Assembly (NCBI GenBank): GCA_036493595.1
Contig: DASXPN010000067.1
Location: 4 to 64,003, forward strand
Direction: 5' to 3'
From: Acidimicrobiales bacterium
GTDB lineage: Bacteria; Actinomycetota; Acidimicrobiia; Acidimicrobiales; JACDCH01
Length of the DNA stretch: 64,000 bases
The position numbers and the translations under genes were made by a program. How positions within the stretch are numbered: position 1 is the stretch's first letter; each line of letters opens with the position of its first letter. Below the pieces are notes generated by a model. That model did no database searches. It was not told the origin of the DNA and saw only the letters and a program-made list of their open reading frames with translations. This document shows, in pieces, positions 42,271 to 52,018 of this stretch.

Positions 42271-43989
42271 TCACCGGGCGCCGCGCAGGAGCACACCGGG
42301 TCGCGCGCCGGTGTCCTCGCCTCGCTCCACCGTGATCTCCCCCGCGTTGATCGTCGCTTCGTAGCCGTCCGATCGTTGGATGAGCCGTGACGCGCCACCG
42401 GGCAGGTCCGCCACCAGTTCGGGACGGTGCAACTGCAACCTGTCGAAGTCGATGAGGTTCACGTCGCCCTTCATGCCCGGCGCGAGCACGCCGCGATCGC
42501 CGAGCCCGAACAGCGCGGCCGTTGCGCCCGTGAGCTTGTGCACCGCGGTCTCGAGCGGGATGCGATCGTGTGCTCGATCGCGCGCCCAGTAGCTCAACAG
42601 GTACGTCGTGGTGCTGGCATCGCACGTCTGCCCCGCGTGCGCGCCACCGTCACCCAACCCGAAAGCCGAGGTCGGATGCATCAACATCTCGCGGGCGGCG
42701 TCGAGGTTGCCCTCGGTGTAGTTGAGGACCGGCGCGTTGAGGAGCTCGCGCCCGCCGTCGTCCAGCAGCAGGTCGTACAAGGTCTCCCACTGCGATCGCT
42801 GCTGGACGGCGGCGATGCCGGTGACACTGCGCGACGGAGGCGGTTCGTAGTCCGGCGGATCGCCGAGTACGAAGATCCGCGACGGGTGCATGAACCCCGA
42901 CACGATCGGATCGTGCTCGAGTGCCCTCGCCTCTTCGACCAGCCGCGCCCGGAGATCAGGCTCGTTGGCCATGCGCGCCGCTTGCTCCTGCCACGGCAGC
43001 AGCCCGATGGTCGCCCATGTTGGGCAGAAATTGAACGGGTGGAACGTCTGCAACCCGAGCAGCAGCGACACCGTGCGACCGTGCACCTGCGGACGTACCT
43101 GCGCGCCTTCGACGGCGGCCGCCGACGCGAGGGCGAGCATCCGCCGCCACGCGTCCGGGTCGTTGTTGTTCTGGTTCAGCGCGAACGTGACGGGGCGGCC
43201 AATGGCCGCGGACAGCCGGCGCATCCAGTCCATCTCCTTCTCGGGCGCGGCCAGGTCCTCGCCGAGCGCGCCCGCGGGCGCGAGCTCGAACACCGCTGTA
43301 CCGAGGTCGCCGAGCACGCGACCTATGCCGAACAACTCGTCCTCGGCCGCGAACGTGCCCGGCACCGGCTCACCGTCGATGGCGCGGTGCGCGAGCGTGC
43401 GTGACGTCGAGAAGCCGAGCGCGCCGGCGGCGATGCCGTCTCGCACGATGGCCGCCATCGCCTCGATGTCCTCGGCCGTGGCCGGCTCGTTGCGGGCGCC
43501 GCGCTCGCCCATCACATAGCCGCGCACCGCTCCGTGCGGCACTTGCGTGCCGATGTCGATGGCCTTCGGGAGCCGGTCGAGCGTGTCGAGGTACTCACCG
43601 AACGACTCCCACGACCACTCGATGCCCGCGGACAGCGCCGCGCCCGGGATGTCCTCGACGCCCTCCATGAGACCGATCAACCACTCGCGCCGATCGGGCG
43701 CGACCGGCGCGAACCCGACGCCGCAGTTGCCCATCACGACGGTCGTCACGCCGTGCCAGCACGACGGCGTGAGCATCGGATCCCACGTCACCTGGCCGTC
43801 GTAGTGAGTGTGGATGTCGACGAAGCCAGGCGTGACGAGCAGCCCGTCGGCATCGACGACCCGGCGCGCCGCGCCGTCGACCCGGCCGACCTCGCTGACC
43901 CGTCCGTCGTCGATGGCGACGTCAGCGGTGCGCGCCGGCGCGCCCGTCCCGTCCACGACCGTCCCACCCTTGATCACGATGTCATGCAT
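42271..43989 (-). CDS. N-acyl-D-amino-acid deacylase-family amidohydrolase
   Basis: DIVIKGGTVVDGTG..ADVAIDDGRVSEVG..LVTPGFVDIHTHYD. ATG preceded by AGGAGG. Confidence 0.8.
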   Translation of the reverse strand: MHDIVIKGGTVVDGTGAPARTADVAIDDGRVSEVGRVDGAARRVVDADGLLVTPGFVDIHTHYDGQVTWDPMLTPSCWHGVTTVVMGNCGVGFAPVAPDRREWLIGLMEGVEDIPGAALSAGIEWSWESFGEYLDTLDRLPKAIDIGTQVPHGAVRGYVMGERGARNEPATAEDIEAMAAIVRDGIAAGALGFSTSRTLAHRAIDGEPVPGTFAAEDELFGIGRVLGDLGTAVFELAPAGALGEDLAAPEKEMDWMRRLSAAIGRPVTFALNQNNNDPDAWRRMLALASAAAVEGAQVRPQVHGRTVSLLLGLQTFHPFNFCPTWATIGLLPWQEQAARMANEPDLRARLVEEARALEHDPIVSGFMHPSRIFVLGDPPDYEPPPSRSVTGIAAVQQRSQWETLYDLLLDDGGRELLNAPVLNYTEGNLDAAREMLMHPTSAFGLGDGGAHAGQTCDASTTTYLLSYWARDRAHDRIPLETAVHKLTGATAALFGLGDRGVLAPGMKGDVNLIDFDRLQLHRPELVADLPGGASRLIQRSDGYEATINAGEITVERGEDTGARPGVLLRGAR

Positions 43990-44001
43990 CGATCCTCCTG
44001 T

Positions 44002-45150
44002 TCAGAGTCGCTCGATGATGGTGACGTTGGCTTGGCCGCCGCCTTCGCACATGGTCTGGAGGCCGTAACGGCCGCCGGTGCGCTCGAGCTCGTGCAGCAA
44101 CGTCGTCATCAGCCGCGCGCCCGTCGCGCCCAACGGATGTCCAAGGGCGATGGCGCCACCGTTGACGTTGACCGTGGCAAGGTCGGCGCCGGTCTCCTTC
44201 TGCCACGCGAGCACGACCGACGCGAACGCCTCGTTGATCTCGACGAGGTCGATGTCGTCGAGGGACAGGCCGGTCTTGTCGAGCGCATGGGCGGTGGCCG
44301 GGATCGGCGCGGTGAGCATCCACACCGGATCGTCGCCCCGCACGGACAGATGGTGGATGCGCGCCCGCGGCGTGAGGTCGTGGGTGCGCAGCGCTTCTTC
44401 GTTGACGATCAGGATCGCGGCCGACGCGTCGGAGATCTGCGACGACACCGCCGCGGTCAGGCGTCCCCCTTCGACCAGGGTGCGCAACGAGCGGATCTTT
44501 TCCCAGCTCGGCTCGCGCGGACCCTCGTCGTGTGACAGCCCTTCGAGTGGCGCGATCTCCGCGTCGAACCGTCCTTCGTCGCGGGCCCGCAACGCGCGCG
44601 TGTGTGACTCGACCGCGAAGGCCTCCATGTCGTCGCGGGAGATGTCCCACTTCTCGGCGATCATCTCCGCGGCGCGGAACTGCGACACCTCCTGGGTGCC
44701 GTAGCGCGCCACCCATCCCTTCGAACCGGTGAACGGATCGTCGAAGCCAAGCGGTTGCCCCGCGGTCATGGCGGACGAGATGGGGATCATCGACATCTGC
44801 TGCACGCCACCGGCGACGACGACGTCAGACGTGCCCGACAGCACTGCCTGCGCGGCGAAGTGCACCGCCTGCTGTGAGGAGCCGCACTGGCGGTCGACGG
44901 TCGTACCCGGCACGTGGTCGGGCAGCCCGGCCGCGAGCCAGCACGTGCGGGCAATGTCGCCGGCCTGGCCGCCGACCGTGTCGACGCATCCGAACACGAC
45001 GTCCTCCACCACGCCGGGGTCGATGCCGGTGCGCTCCATCAGCGCGGTCAACGCGTGCGCACCGAGATCGGCGGGATGGACCTGCGACAGGCCACCACCA
45101 CGCCGTCCCACCGGTGAACGCACCGCATCGACGATGAAGGCCTCAGCCAC
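44002..45150 (-). CDS. Acetyl-CoA acyltransferase (thiolase, FadA5/FadA6-like)
   Basis: FIVDAVRSPVGRR, VDRQCGSSQQ, NEAFASVV, GGAIALGHPLGATG, CEGGGQA. Confidence 0.9.
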   Translation of the reverse strand: MAEAFIVDAVRSPVGRRGGGLSQVHPADLGAHALTALMERTGIDPGVVEDVVFGCVDTVGGQAGDIARTCWLAAGLPDHVPGTTVDRQCGSSQQAVHFAAQAVLSGTSDVVVAGGVQQMSMIPISSAMTAGQPLGFDDPFTGSKGWVARYGTQEVSQFRAAEMIAEKWDISRDDMEAFAVESHTRALRARDEGRFDAEIAPLEGLSHDEGPREPSWEKIRSLRTLVEGGRLTAAVSSQISDASAAILIVNEEALRTHDLTPRARIHHLSVRGDDPVWMLTAPIPATAHALDKTGLSLDDIDLVEINEAFASVVLAWQKETGADLATVNVNGGAIALGHPLGATGARLMTTLLHELERTGGRYGLQTMCEGGGQANVTIIERL

Positions 45151-45153
45151 TGC

Positions 45154-46023
45154 TCACACTCCTATCGCACGACCGACGCGGTCGCGATGCCAACTCGAAT
45201 CACCCCACGCCCGGCTCAGCGCCCACGTGCGCTTCAGCCACAGGTGCAGGTCGTATTCAACCGTGTAACCGATCGCGCCATGACATTGCAGGGCGACCCG
45301 GCCGACGAACGAAGCCGCGTCCGACGCCATGGCCTTGGCCATCGACACGTCGCGAGACGCGTCAGTCGACGCGGTCGCGACCGAGTACGCCGCCCGGTAC
45401 ACCGCTGGCCGCGCGAACGACAACTCCTTCAGCGCGTTCGCGAGGTGGTGCTTCACCGCCTGGAACGAACCGATCGGCACCCCGAACTGCTGGCGCTCCT
45501 TCACGTAGCCGACGGTGAGATCGAGCATCGCCTGGCCGAGCCCGATCAGCTGCGCGGCGGTGCCGAGCGCGGCCCGGTCGATGGTGTCGCCGTGCGGGGC
45601 CGGCAACGGCCGTCCGATGCGGCGAACGGGACGGCTGCGGTCGACGGCCTCGACCGGCGCGAGCAGATCTTGGCGGACCTCGCTGCCATCGCCCGCGAGT
45701 ACGACGTCGGCCCGATCGGCCCACGCCGCGAGTTGCCCGTCGACCAGCGCGACCATCCGGTCCGCGAGCCCGAGGGGAGCAGCGACCATCGCGGTCTCGA
45801 CGATGGGGAACGCAAGCGCGGCGTAGCCGGTCTGCTCGAGGATGGGGACGAGGGTCATCTCGTCGAGACCGAGCCCGCCCTCGGACTCGGGCACCAGCAC
45901 CGAGGCGACACCCATGTCGACCAACGCGTCCCACGTGGCGCGGTCGTCGTAGCGCTCCTTCGCCAGGAGATCGCGCACCGCATCCCGGAACGCGAGCTGA
46001 TCAGTGGTGAGCGCGAACCTCAT
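45154..46023 (-). CDS. Short acyl-CoA dehydrogenase-family protein (beta-type subunit of an alpha2beta2 ACAD)
   Basis: 289 aa. GYVKERQQFGVPIGSFQAVKHHLAN and CHGAIGYTVEYDLHLWLKR, but a reduced N-terminal half. ATGA overlap with the upstream ACAD. Confidence 0.75.
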   Translation of the reverse strand: MRFALTTDQLAFRDAVRDLLAKERYDDRATWDALVDMGVASVLVPESEGGLGLDEMTLVPILEQTGYAALAFPIVETAMVAAPLGLADRMVALVDGQLAAWADRADVVLAGDGSEVRQDLLAPVEAVDRSRPVRRIGRPLPAPHGDTIDRAALGTAAQLIGLGQAMLDLTVGYVKERQQFGVPIGSFQAVKHHLANALKELSFARPAVYRAAYSVATASTDASRDVSMAKAMASDAASFVGRVALQCHGAIGYTVEYDLHLWLKRTWALSRAWGDSSWHRDRVGRAIGV

Positions 46024-47156
46024 CGTCTGGGCAACCCGAGTACGCGCTCCGCCGCGATGTTGCGCTGGATCTCGTTGGTGCCCGCATAGATCGGGCCGGA
46101 CAGCGAGAACTGGTAGCCCTTCGACCACGCGCCTTCGAGTTGGGCCTCTGGCCCGAGGACGTCCAGCGCGGTCTCGTGCAGCTCGACGTCGAGCTCGCTC
46201 CACCAGATCTTGTTGATCGACGACTCGGCCCCGACCGCGCCACCTTCGCTCAGCCGCGTCACCGTCTCCAAGGTGAACAACTGGTACGCCTCGGCCCGCA
46301 TCCATGTGTCGATCACGCGTCGACGAACGGACTCGACGGCGCCGCCTACCGTTGTTGCCGACCGGTACAGCTCGATCAGCCGAGCACTTGCGGCGAGGAA
46401 CCGTCCGGGCGAGCGCAGCGTGAGTCCTCGCTCCGACCCGGTCGTCGCCATCGCCACCGACCAGCCATCGTTCACCCCTCCGAGCACGTTGCCATCGGGC
46501 ACGAACGCGTCCTCGAAGAACACCTCGGCGAAGCCTTCGTCACCGTCGAGCCGGCCGAAGCCGCGCACCGTCACGCCCTGGGTGTCGAGGGGGACGAGCA
46601 AGTAGGTCAAGCCCTTGTGCCGCTCGCTGTCGGGATCCGAGCGGAAGAGGCCGAACAGGTGCGTGCAGAACGCGCCGCGCGTCGTCCACGTCTTCTGCCC
46701 GTTCAGCACCCAACCGCCGTCGACTTTGGTGGAGCGGCTCGTGATGCCGGCGAGGTCGCTGCCCGCATTCGGCTCCGACCATCCCTGGCACCACAGCTCG
46801 TCGGCCGCAGCCATGCGCCGGAGGATGCGCTCCTGCTGCTCGGGCGTGCCGAACTCGAACACGGTCGGCGCCAGCAGGAAGATGCCGTTCTGCGTGACGC
46901 GCTGAGGACCACCGGCGCGGTAGTACTCCTCCTCGAAGATCAACCACTCCCACAGCGACGCGCCGCGCCCGCCGTACTGCTCGGGCCACGACACGACCGC
47001 CCACCGGTTCTGGTACAGCAAGCGCTCCCATTCGACATGCCGGGCGAAGCCCTCGCGGGTGTCACCCGACGGCAGGTCGTGGGGAACGTTGGCGACGAGC
47101 CACGAGCGAGCCTCGGCGCGGAACGCGTCCTCGTCCGGCGACCACGTGAGATCCAT
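46020..47156 (-). CDS. Acyl-CoA dehydrogenase (alpha-type subunit)
   Basis: CQGWSEPNAGSDLAGITSRSTKVDGGWVLNGQKTWTT, IYAGTNEIQRNIAAERVLGLPR. TGATG junction with the upstream gene. Confidence 0.85.
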   Translation of the reverse strand: MDLTWSPDEDAFRAEARSWLVANVPHDLPSGDTREGFARHVEWERLLYQNRWAVVSWPEQYGGRGASLWEWLIFEEEYYRAGGPQRVTQNGIFLLAPTVFEFGTPEQQERILRRMAAADELWCQGWSEPNAGSDLAGITSRSTKVDGGWVLNGQKTWTTRGAFCTHLFGLFRSDPDSERHKGLTYLLVPLDTQGVTVRGFGRLDGDEGFAEVFFEDAFVPDGNVLGGVNDGWSVAMATTGSERGLTLRSPGRFLAASARLIELYRSATTVGGAVESVRRRVIDTWMRAEAYQLFTLETVTRLSEGGAVGAESSINKIWWSELDVELHETALDVLGPEAQLEGAWSKGYQFSLSGPIYAGTNEIQRNIAAERVLGLPRR

Positions 47157-48217
47157 CAGGACTCGAGTCGCTTCAGCACCGACTCCGCTTCCGTCATGAT
47201 GCGATCGAGCAGCTCTGCCACCGTCGGCAACTCGCCGATCACGCCGGTGACCTGGCCTGTCGGCAACACGCCCACGTCCGGGTTGCCGTCGACCATCGAT
47301 GCCTTGATCAACATCGGCGCGTTCGCGGCCAGCGCGACCTGGCTCCACGTCAGGTCCTGGTTGCGCTTCATCGCCAGACCCTCACGTACCAGGTCGCGGT
47401 ATGAAGTGGTCGTCTCCTTGCGGAAGCGCAGCGCGGCGCCCAGCGCGCGAGGCAAGCGGGTCAACTTCGACGACCGTTCGATGCGCTCGACGACATCAGT
47501 GCGGATGACGCGCTGCGGCGCCCCGTCGAGCGCGGTCGTGACGACGGTGTCGAACACGGTCGCGGCCATGTAACGGCCTTTCACGTTGTCCGGCACGCGG
47601 CTCTCCTGCGTCAGGAGGAAGCGGGTGCCCATGGCGATGCCGTCCGCTCCGTAGGCGAGCGCGGCGACGAGACCACGGCCGTCGTGGAACCCGCCCGCGC
47701 CCAACACGGGGATCGACGGGCCGACGGCGTCGACCACCTGCGGAAGCAGCAACGACGTGGGGACGGTCCCGGTGTGGCCGCCACCCTCGCCCCCCTGCGC
47801 GATGACCGCGTCGACGCCCCACTCGAGCATCTTCTCGGCGTGGCGCCTGGCGCCGACGGTCGGGATGCAGAGCGCACCGGCGTCGTGCAACCGCGCGATC
47901 GCGTCCTTGGTCGGCGCGCCCGCGAACGACACCACTCGCACGCCTTGCCCGATCACGAACGCCAGCCGGTCCGCGAGATCGGGTTGGTCGGCGCGGAAGT
48001 TCACACCGAAGGGCTTGCCGGTGCGCGCCTTCACGTCACGCACCGCATCCTCGAGTTGCGGCGGTGTCATCGTGACGGCGGCCAGGATGCCGAGACCGCC
48101 GGCCGCACTCGTCGCCGCCGTCAACCGGGCCCCCGAGACCCAGCCCATCCCGGTCTGCACGACCGGACGTTCGACGCCTGCGAGCTCGCAGAACCTTGTG
48201 TGGAGCGCGTGATGCAC
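47156..48217 (-). CDS. ipdC: Nitronate monooxygenase-family FMN enzyme (IpdC-like enoyl reductase)
   Basis: ERPVVQTGMGWVSGARL, AQGGEGGGHTG, GAGGFHDGRG. Position downstream of ipdAB-like genes mirrors the mycobacterial Rv3550-Rv3553 order. Confidence 0.65.
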   Translation of the reverse strand: MHHALHTRFCELAGVERPVVQTGMGWVSGARLTAATSAAGGLGILAAVTMTPPQLEDAVRDVKARTGKPFGVNFRADQPDLADRLAFVIGQGVRVVSFAGAPTKDAIARLHDAGALCIPTVGARRHAEKMLEWGVDAVIAQGGEGGGHTGTVPTSLLLPQVVDAVGPSIPVLGAGGFHDGRGLVAALAYGADGIAMGTRFLLTQESRVPDNVKGRYMAATVFDTVVTTALDGAPQRVIRTDVVERIERSSKLTRLPRALGAALRFRKETTTSYRDLVREGLAMKRNQDLTWSQVALAANAPMLIKASMVDGNPDVGVLPTGQVTGVIGELPTVAELLDRIMTEAESVLKRLES

Positions 48218-48255
48218 TACAGCTCAGCTCTCCGTCGGCCGGGGACCGCGCTCGT

Positions 48256-49044
48256 TCACGCCTTCACTTCCGCGTAGCGCGCCTCACCAGGATCGATCAC
48301 GTCGGCGATCAAGCGGAGGTCGTCGTCGGACGGCACCGGGGTCTCGTCGAGCTCGCCGGAAACGGCGAGCTCGAATCCGGTCGCCTCGATGACGTCGTCG
48401 ATGGACACACCCGGGTGCACGGTGCGAACCCGCAGGCGATGATCGTCGGTCTCGAAATCCAGCACGCAGAGGTTGGTGATGACGCGCCGGATCTCGTGGA
48501 ACCGCGACGCCTTCGGGCCGAGCGCGGCGGCGCGGTCGTAGCCGATACCGCACACGACGTCGACCTGCTCGACGAACACGTTGGTCGAATGATTCGGGAT
48601 CCAGTACGAGGTCGTGTCGTTGATCGTGTTGCCCGGCGCACCGCGGAAACCGAGCAACTGCACCTTCGGCTTGGCGTAGTCGGATCCGATGGCGGCGAAG
48701 TTCTGGTTGCCGTGTGCATCGATCTGGCTGGCGCCCATCATCACGTGCCGGCGACCTGACCACACGACGTCGAACATGGCGCGGTAAGGGTTGTAGGTCT
48801 CGACGACGCGATCGTCCTCCGGCCCGAAGAACGCCCGGTCGTCGGCAACGAGCATCGCTTCACCGTCGGTCATCATCAGGTCGGGCTCGAAGGTGGCGCG
48901 CGCGAGCCGTCCGCCGATCATCGGGATGGTGCCGATGGGGTTGGCGAGCATCTCGCCGTCGCCGCGGAAGCACTCTGCGACGGCGAGCACGCACACGTCA
49001 GCGCGTCGGACCGCGCTCGTCGTCGCGTTCGTGGCCTGCGTCAT
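48256..49044 (-). CDS. ipdB: CoA-transferase subunit beta (IpdB-like)
   Basis: 262 aa. GASQIDAHGNQNFAAIG, LLGFRGAPGN. ATG preceded by GGAGA. Adjacent to the alpha subunit. Confidence 0.65.
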   Translation of the reverse strand: MTQATNATTSAVRRADVCVLAVAECFRGDGEMLANPIGTIPMIGGRLARATFEPDLMMTDGEAMLVADDRAFFGPEDDRVVETYNPYRAMFDVVWSGRRHVMMGASQIDAHGNQNFAAIGSDYAKPKVQLLGFRGAPGNTINDTTSYWIPNHSTNVFVEQVDVVCGIGYDRAAALGPKASRFHEIRRVITNLCVLDFETDDHRLRVRTVHPGVSIDDVIEATGFELAVSGELDETPVPSDDDLRLIADVIDPGEARYAEVKA

Positions 49045-49057
49045 CGTGCGGTCTCCG

Positions 49058-49912
49058 TCATCGTGTGGCCAGCTTGGCCTGGTAGCCGCGTTCGTCGAGG
49101 TCGAGCCACGCCCCTTTGAACTCGGCCCACGCCTCGGGCGAAGAGGCCGACTTCGCGTACTCACGTTGGAAGGCTTCGTCGCGTTCGTAGTCGGGCGCGC
49201 AGGACGTGAAGTGCGCGCCGTTCGGGGCCTCGACGACGCCGTCGACCAGCGACCGCTTCACCCGGAGCGTGTGGAACGAACCTTCCTTGGTGAAGTCCTC
49301 GGTGGCGACGATGCGTTCGACGCTCATGAACCGGTGGCCCTTGGCGGCCCCGAGCAGCAGGTCGTCGAAGTAGAGGTCGGGGCCGAGGAACTGGCCGTTG
49401 CCTCGAGCATCGCCCCGGTTGAGATGGACGATCGCGGCGTCGAGCTCGAACGCGGGCGCGGCGACGAACGTCTCGCCGTCGTCGTAGGGAGACTCGACGG
49501 TGCGGAGCCGATCGTTGAGCGTGAGCAGATCAGAGCCGAGGCCGACGCGTGTCGGCAGGAATGGGACCCGCCACGCGGCCGCTTGCAGGCCGAGCAGGAA
49601 CAGCCCTTCGTCGTACGGCTCGTCCTGTACCGCGCCGGACTGCCGGGCCGCCCGGAAGTGCGGCTCGAGCGGGATCGAGTCGAGCGACGCGAACGCGTAC
49701 AGCGCTCGCTTCACCTTGCCGGCCGCGCACAGGAGGCCGAGGTCCGGGCCGGCGTAGCTGACGACGGTGAGGTCGGTGAGATCTGATCGCAGGATCGCCC
49801 GGATGATCGACATCGGCTTGCGACGCGAGCCCCATCCACCGATGCCGATCGTCATGCCAGAGCTGAGCTCCGCAACGACCTCGTCCTCACCGAGCCGCTT
49901 GTCGCGGTTCAC
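49058..49912 (-). CDS. ipdA: CoA-transferase subunit alpha (IpdA-like)
   Basis: SGMTIGIGGWGSRRKPMSIIRAILRSDLTDLTVVSYAGPDLGLLCAAGKVKR and FMSVERIVATE closely follow my recollection of mycobacterial IpdA. GTGA overlap with the echA gene. Confidence 0.7.
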   Translation of the reverse strand: MNRDKRLGEDEVVAELSSGMTIGIGGWGSRRKPMSIIRAILRSDLTDLTVVSYAGPDLGLLCAAGKVKRALYAFASLDSIPLEPHFRAARQSGAVQDEPYDEGLFLLGLQAAAWRVPFLPTRVGLGSDLLTLNDRLRTVESPYDDGETFVAAPAFELDAAIVHLNRGDARGNGQFLGPDLYFDDLLLGAAKGHRFMSVERIVATEDFTKEGSFHTLRVKRSLVDGVVEAPNGAHFTSCAPDYERDEAFQREYAKSASSPEAWAEFKGAWLDLDERGYQAKLATR

Positions 49913-50670
49913 GTCGACGTGTCCGTCGTGCGACCCTCGACAAAGGCATCGCGGTGCTCGTCGGCAACCCCGCTGAGGTTCAGCTCGAACGTGAACCCCT
50001 GCTCGAAGCGGTAGCTGCGCTTCACGTCCCACAAGTCGATGCCGTTGAGCGATTCCTTCGCGGCACGCATCACGGCCGGCGACTTGGCGGCGATCGCACC
50101 GGCGACCTCGAAGGCGGCGTCGCGCAGCTGCTCCTTCGGGACCACCTTCAGCACCGACCCGAAGTGGTGCAGCTCGTCCGCGGTCGCCGTTGCGGCGGTG
50201 AACACCATCGCCCGCATCTTGTGTTGCGGCACCAGCCGCGCGAGATGAGTGGCGGCGCCGAGCGCGCCGCGGTCGACTTCCGGAAGGCCGAATGTCGCGT
50301 CGTCGGACGCGACGATCACGTCCGCATTGCCGACCAACCCGATCCCACCGCCCAGGCAGTAGCCGTGCACCGCCGCGATCACCGGCACCTTGCACTCGTA
50401 CACCGCCGCAAACGCGGCGAAGCATCCTCGGTTGGCACCGATGAGCGCTTCGAAGCCCTCGGTGTTCTGCATCTCCTTGATGTCGACACCGGCGTTGAAC
50501 CCGCGGCCCTCGGCCCGCAGGATCACGACCCGCACCTGGGGGTCGAGGCCCATAGCGGTCACGGTGTCCGCCAGTTCGAACCATCCGGCGACGGCCAGCG
50601 CGTTGACCGGCGGGTTGTCCATGACGATCTCGGCGATACCTCGGTCGTCGATCGTGTGGGAGATGCCCAA
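49909..50670 (-). CDS. echA20: Enoyl-CoA hydratase/isomerase (EchA20-like)
   Basis: VVILRAEGRGFNAGVDIKE, AAVHGYCLGGGIGLVGNADVIVASDDATFGLPEV. Apparent TTG start. Position is immediately upstream of ipdAB. Confidence 0.65.
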   Translation of the reverse strand: MGISHTIDDRGIAEIVMDNPPVNALAVAGWFELADTVTAMGLDPQVRVVILRAEGRGFNAGVDIKEMQNTEGFEALIGANRGCFAAFAAVYECKVPVIAAVHGYCLGGGIGLVGNADVIVASDDATFGLPEVDRGALGAATHLARLVPQHKMRAMVFTAATATADELHHFGSVLKVVPKEQLRDAAFEVAGAIAAKSPAVMRAAKESLNGIDLWDVKRSYRFEQGFTFELNLSGVADEHRDAFVEGRTTDTST

Positions 50671-50686
50671 GGGGTCCGAACCTCGA

Positions 50687-50703
50687 TCTGATGGTGCGTC
50701 AGC
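50687..50703. promoter_or_regulatory. Operator-like palindrome class 2, site 3 (TCTGATG-GTG-CGTCAGC)
   Basis: Imperfect 7+3+7 inverted repeat 17 nt upstream of the echA20-like start. Including flanks, it shares a ~22-nt string with site 2 (CCTCGATyCTGAyGGTGCGTCAG). Confidence 0.5.
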
Positions 50704-50766
50704 TTTCTACCAGCTGCGGTCCGGCCGCTCGAAGTGCCATCCGGTCAGCAGCTCCTGCTCCCGACA

Positions 50767-51543
50767 ATGATGGGCGACGTGGAAGTGGCGCTCGACTTCA
50801 GCGGGCGGGTCGCGCTCGTGACAGGGGGGACGAAGGGCATCGGGCGGAGCATCGCGGCGCGATTCGCGGACGCGGGTGCGACCGTGGTCGTGTGCGGGCG
50901 CAACGAACCCGAGGAAGAGTTGCGGGAACGGGTGCGATTCGTCGCCTGTGACGTTCGTGATCCCGAGCAGGTCGACGCCATGGTGTCCGGCATCGCGGAG
51001 ACGGACGGACGCCTGGACGTGGTCGTCAACAACGCAGGAGGCTCGCCCGTCGCCGAGACCGCGACGGCATCGGCGCGCTTCAGCGAGTCGATCATTCGGC
51101 TGAACCTCCTCGCGCCGCTGTACGTCGCCCAGGCCGTGAACCGGGTGATGCAGCAGCAGGACGGCGGCGGGTCGATCGTGAACATCGCCAGCGTGAGCGG
51201 CATGCGTCCCACACCGAACGCGGCCGCGTACGGCGCCGCGAAGGCGGGGCTGCTCAATCTCACCCAGACGCTGGCGGTCGAGTGGGCACCGAAGGTGCGC
51301 GTGAACGCGGTGACGGTCGGGCTGGTGCGTACCGAGCTCGCGCATCTCCACTACGGCGACGAAGACGCCATCGCCGCGGTCGGCAACACCGTGCCGCTCG
51401 GGCGCATGGCCGAGCCGGTGGACGTCGCCGACGCCTGCCTGTACCTGGCGTCGCCGATGGCCGCGTACATCTCCGGCGCCAACCTGCTCGTGCACGGTGG
51501 CGGTGAGCGGCCCGCGTACCTGGATGCCGCCAGCCCTACCTGA
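50767..51543 (+). CDS. SDR oxidoreductase, divergent from the echA20-like gene
   Basis: RVALVTGGTKGIGRS, VVVNNAGG, YGAAKAGLLNLTQTLAVE. ATG 50767 is the likely start (the ORF opens at GTG 50734). Confidence 0.8.
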   Translation: MMGDVEVALDFSGRVALVTGGTKGIGRSIAARFADAGATVVVCGRNEPEEELRERVRFVACDVRDPEQVDAMVSGIAETDGRLDVVVNNAGGSPVAETATASARFSESIIRLNLLAPLYVAQAVNRVMQQQDGGGSIVNIASVSGMRPTPNAAAYGAAKAGLLNLTQTLAVEWAPKVRVNAVTVGLVRTELAHLHYGDEDAIAAVGNTVPLGRMAEPVDVADACLYLASPMAAYISGANLLVHGGGERPAYLDAASPT

Positions 51544-51562
51544 GCGCCGTACGCTCCGCACG

Positions 51563-52018
51563 ATGACCAAGACCCGTGTGCCCGCGCTCGGCGCGGAAGG
51601 TTGGTTCACGGAAGGAACCGACGACGGACCCGCATTGACCGGCAACCGTTGCACGTCCTGCTCGACGGTGTTCTTTCCCGCCGCCACGTTCGCGTGCCGC
51701 AATCCGGATTGCGACGGCCGCGAGTTCGAACCGGCGCAGCTCTCGCGACACGGAACGGTGTGGTCGTACACCGACGCGCAGTACCAACCGCCACCTCCGT
51801 ACGTCCCGCCCACCGATCCGTACGAGCCGTTCGCGATCGCGGCGGTCGAGCTCGCAGAAGAAGGCATGGTCGTGCTCGGGCAGGTCGCGTCCGGCTACGG
51901 CATCGACGACATCGCCGTCGGGGCCGAGGTCGAGCTCGTCGTCGAGACATTGTTCGAGGACGGCGACAACGAGTACCGCATCTGGCGCTGGAAGCCTGCA
52001 GAAAGGATGGAGCGATGA
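51563..52018 (+). CDS. DUF35 Zn-ribbon/OB-fold protein
   Basis: CTSCSTVFFPAATFACRNPDC zinc ribbon followed by an OB-fold segment (GTVWSYT..VVLGQV). ATGA overlap with the downstream thiolase-like gene. Confidence 0.75.
   Translation: MTKTRVPALGAEGWFTEGTDDGPALTGNRCTSCSTVFFPAATFACRNPDCDGREFEPAQLSRHGTVWSYTDAQYQPPPPYVPPTDPYEPFAIAAVELAEEGMVVLGQVASGYGIDDIAVGAEVELVVETLFEDGDNEYRIWRWKPAERMER

Noticed and set aside
50671-50766. Expected a KstR2-type box (AnCAAGnnCTTGnT) in the echA20-like / SDR divergent region, as in mycobacteria.
   Set aside because: No match by eye. The only palindrome there is the class-2 TCTGATG-GTG-CGTCAGC site.
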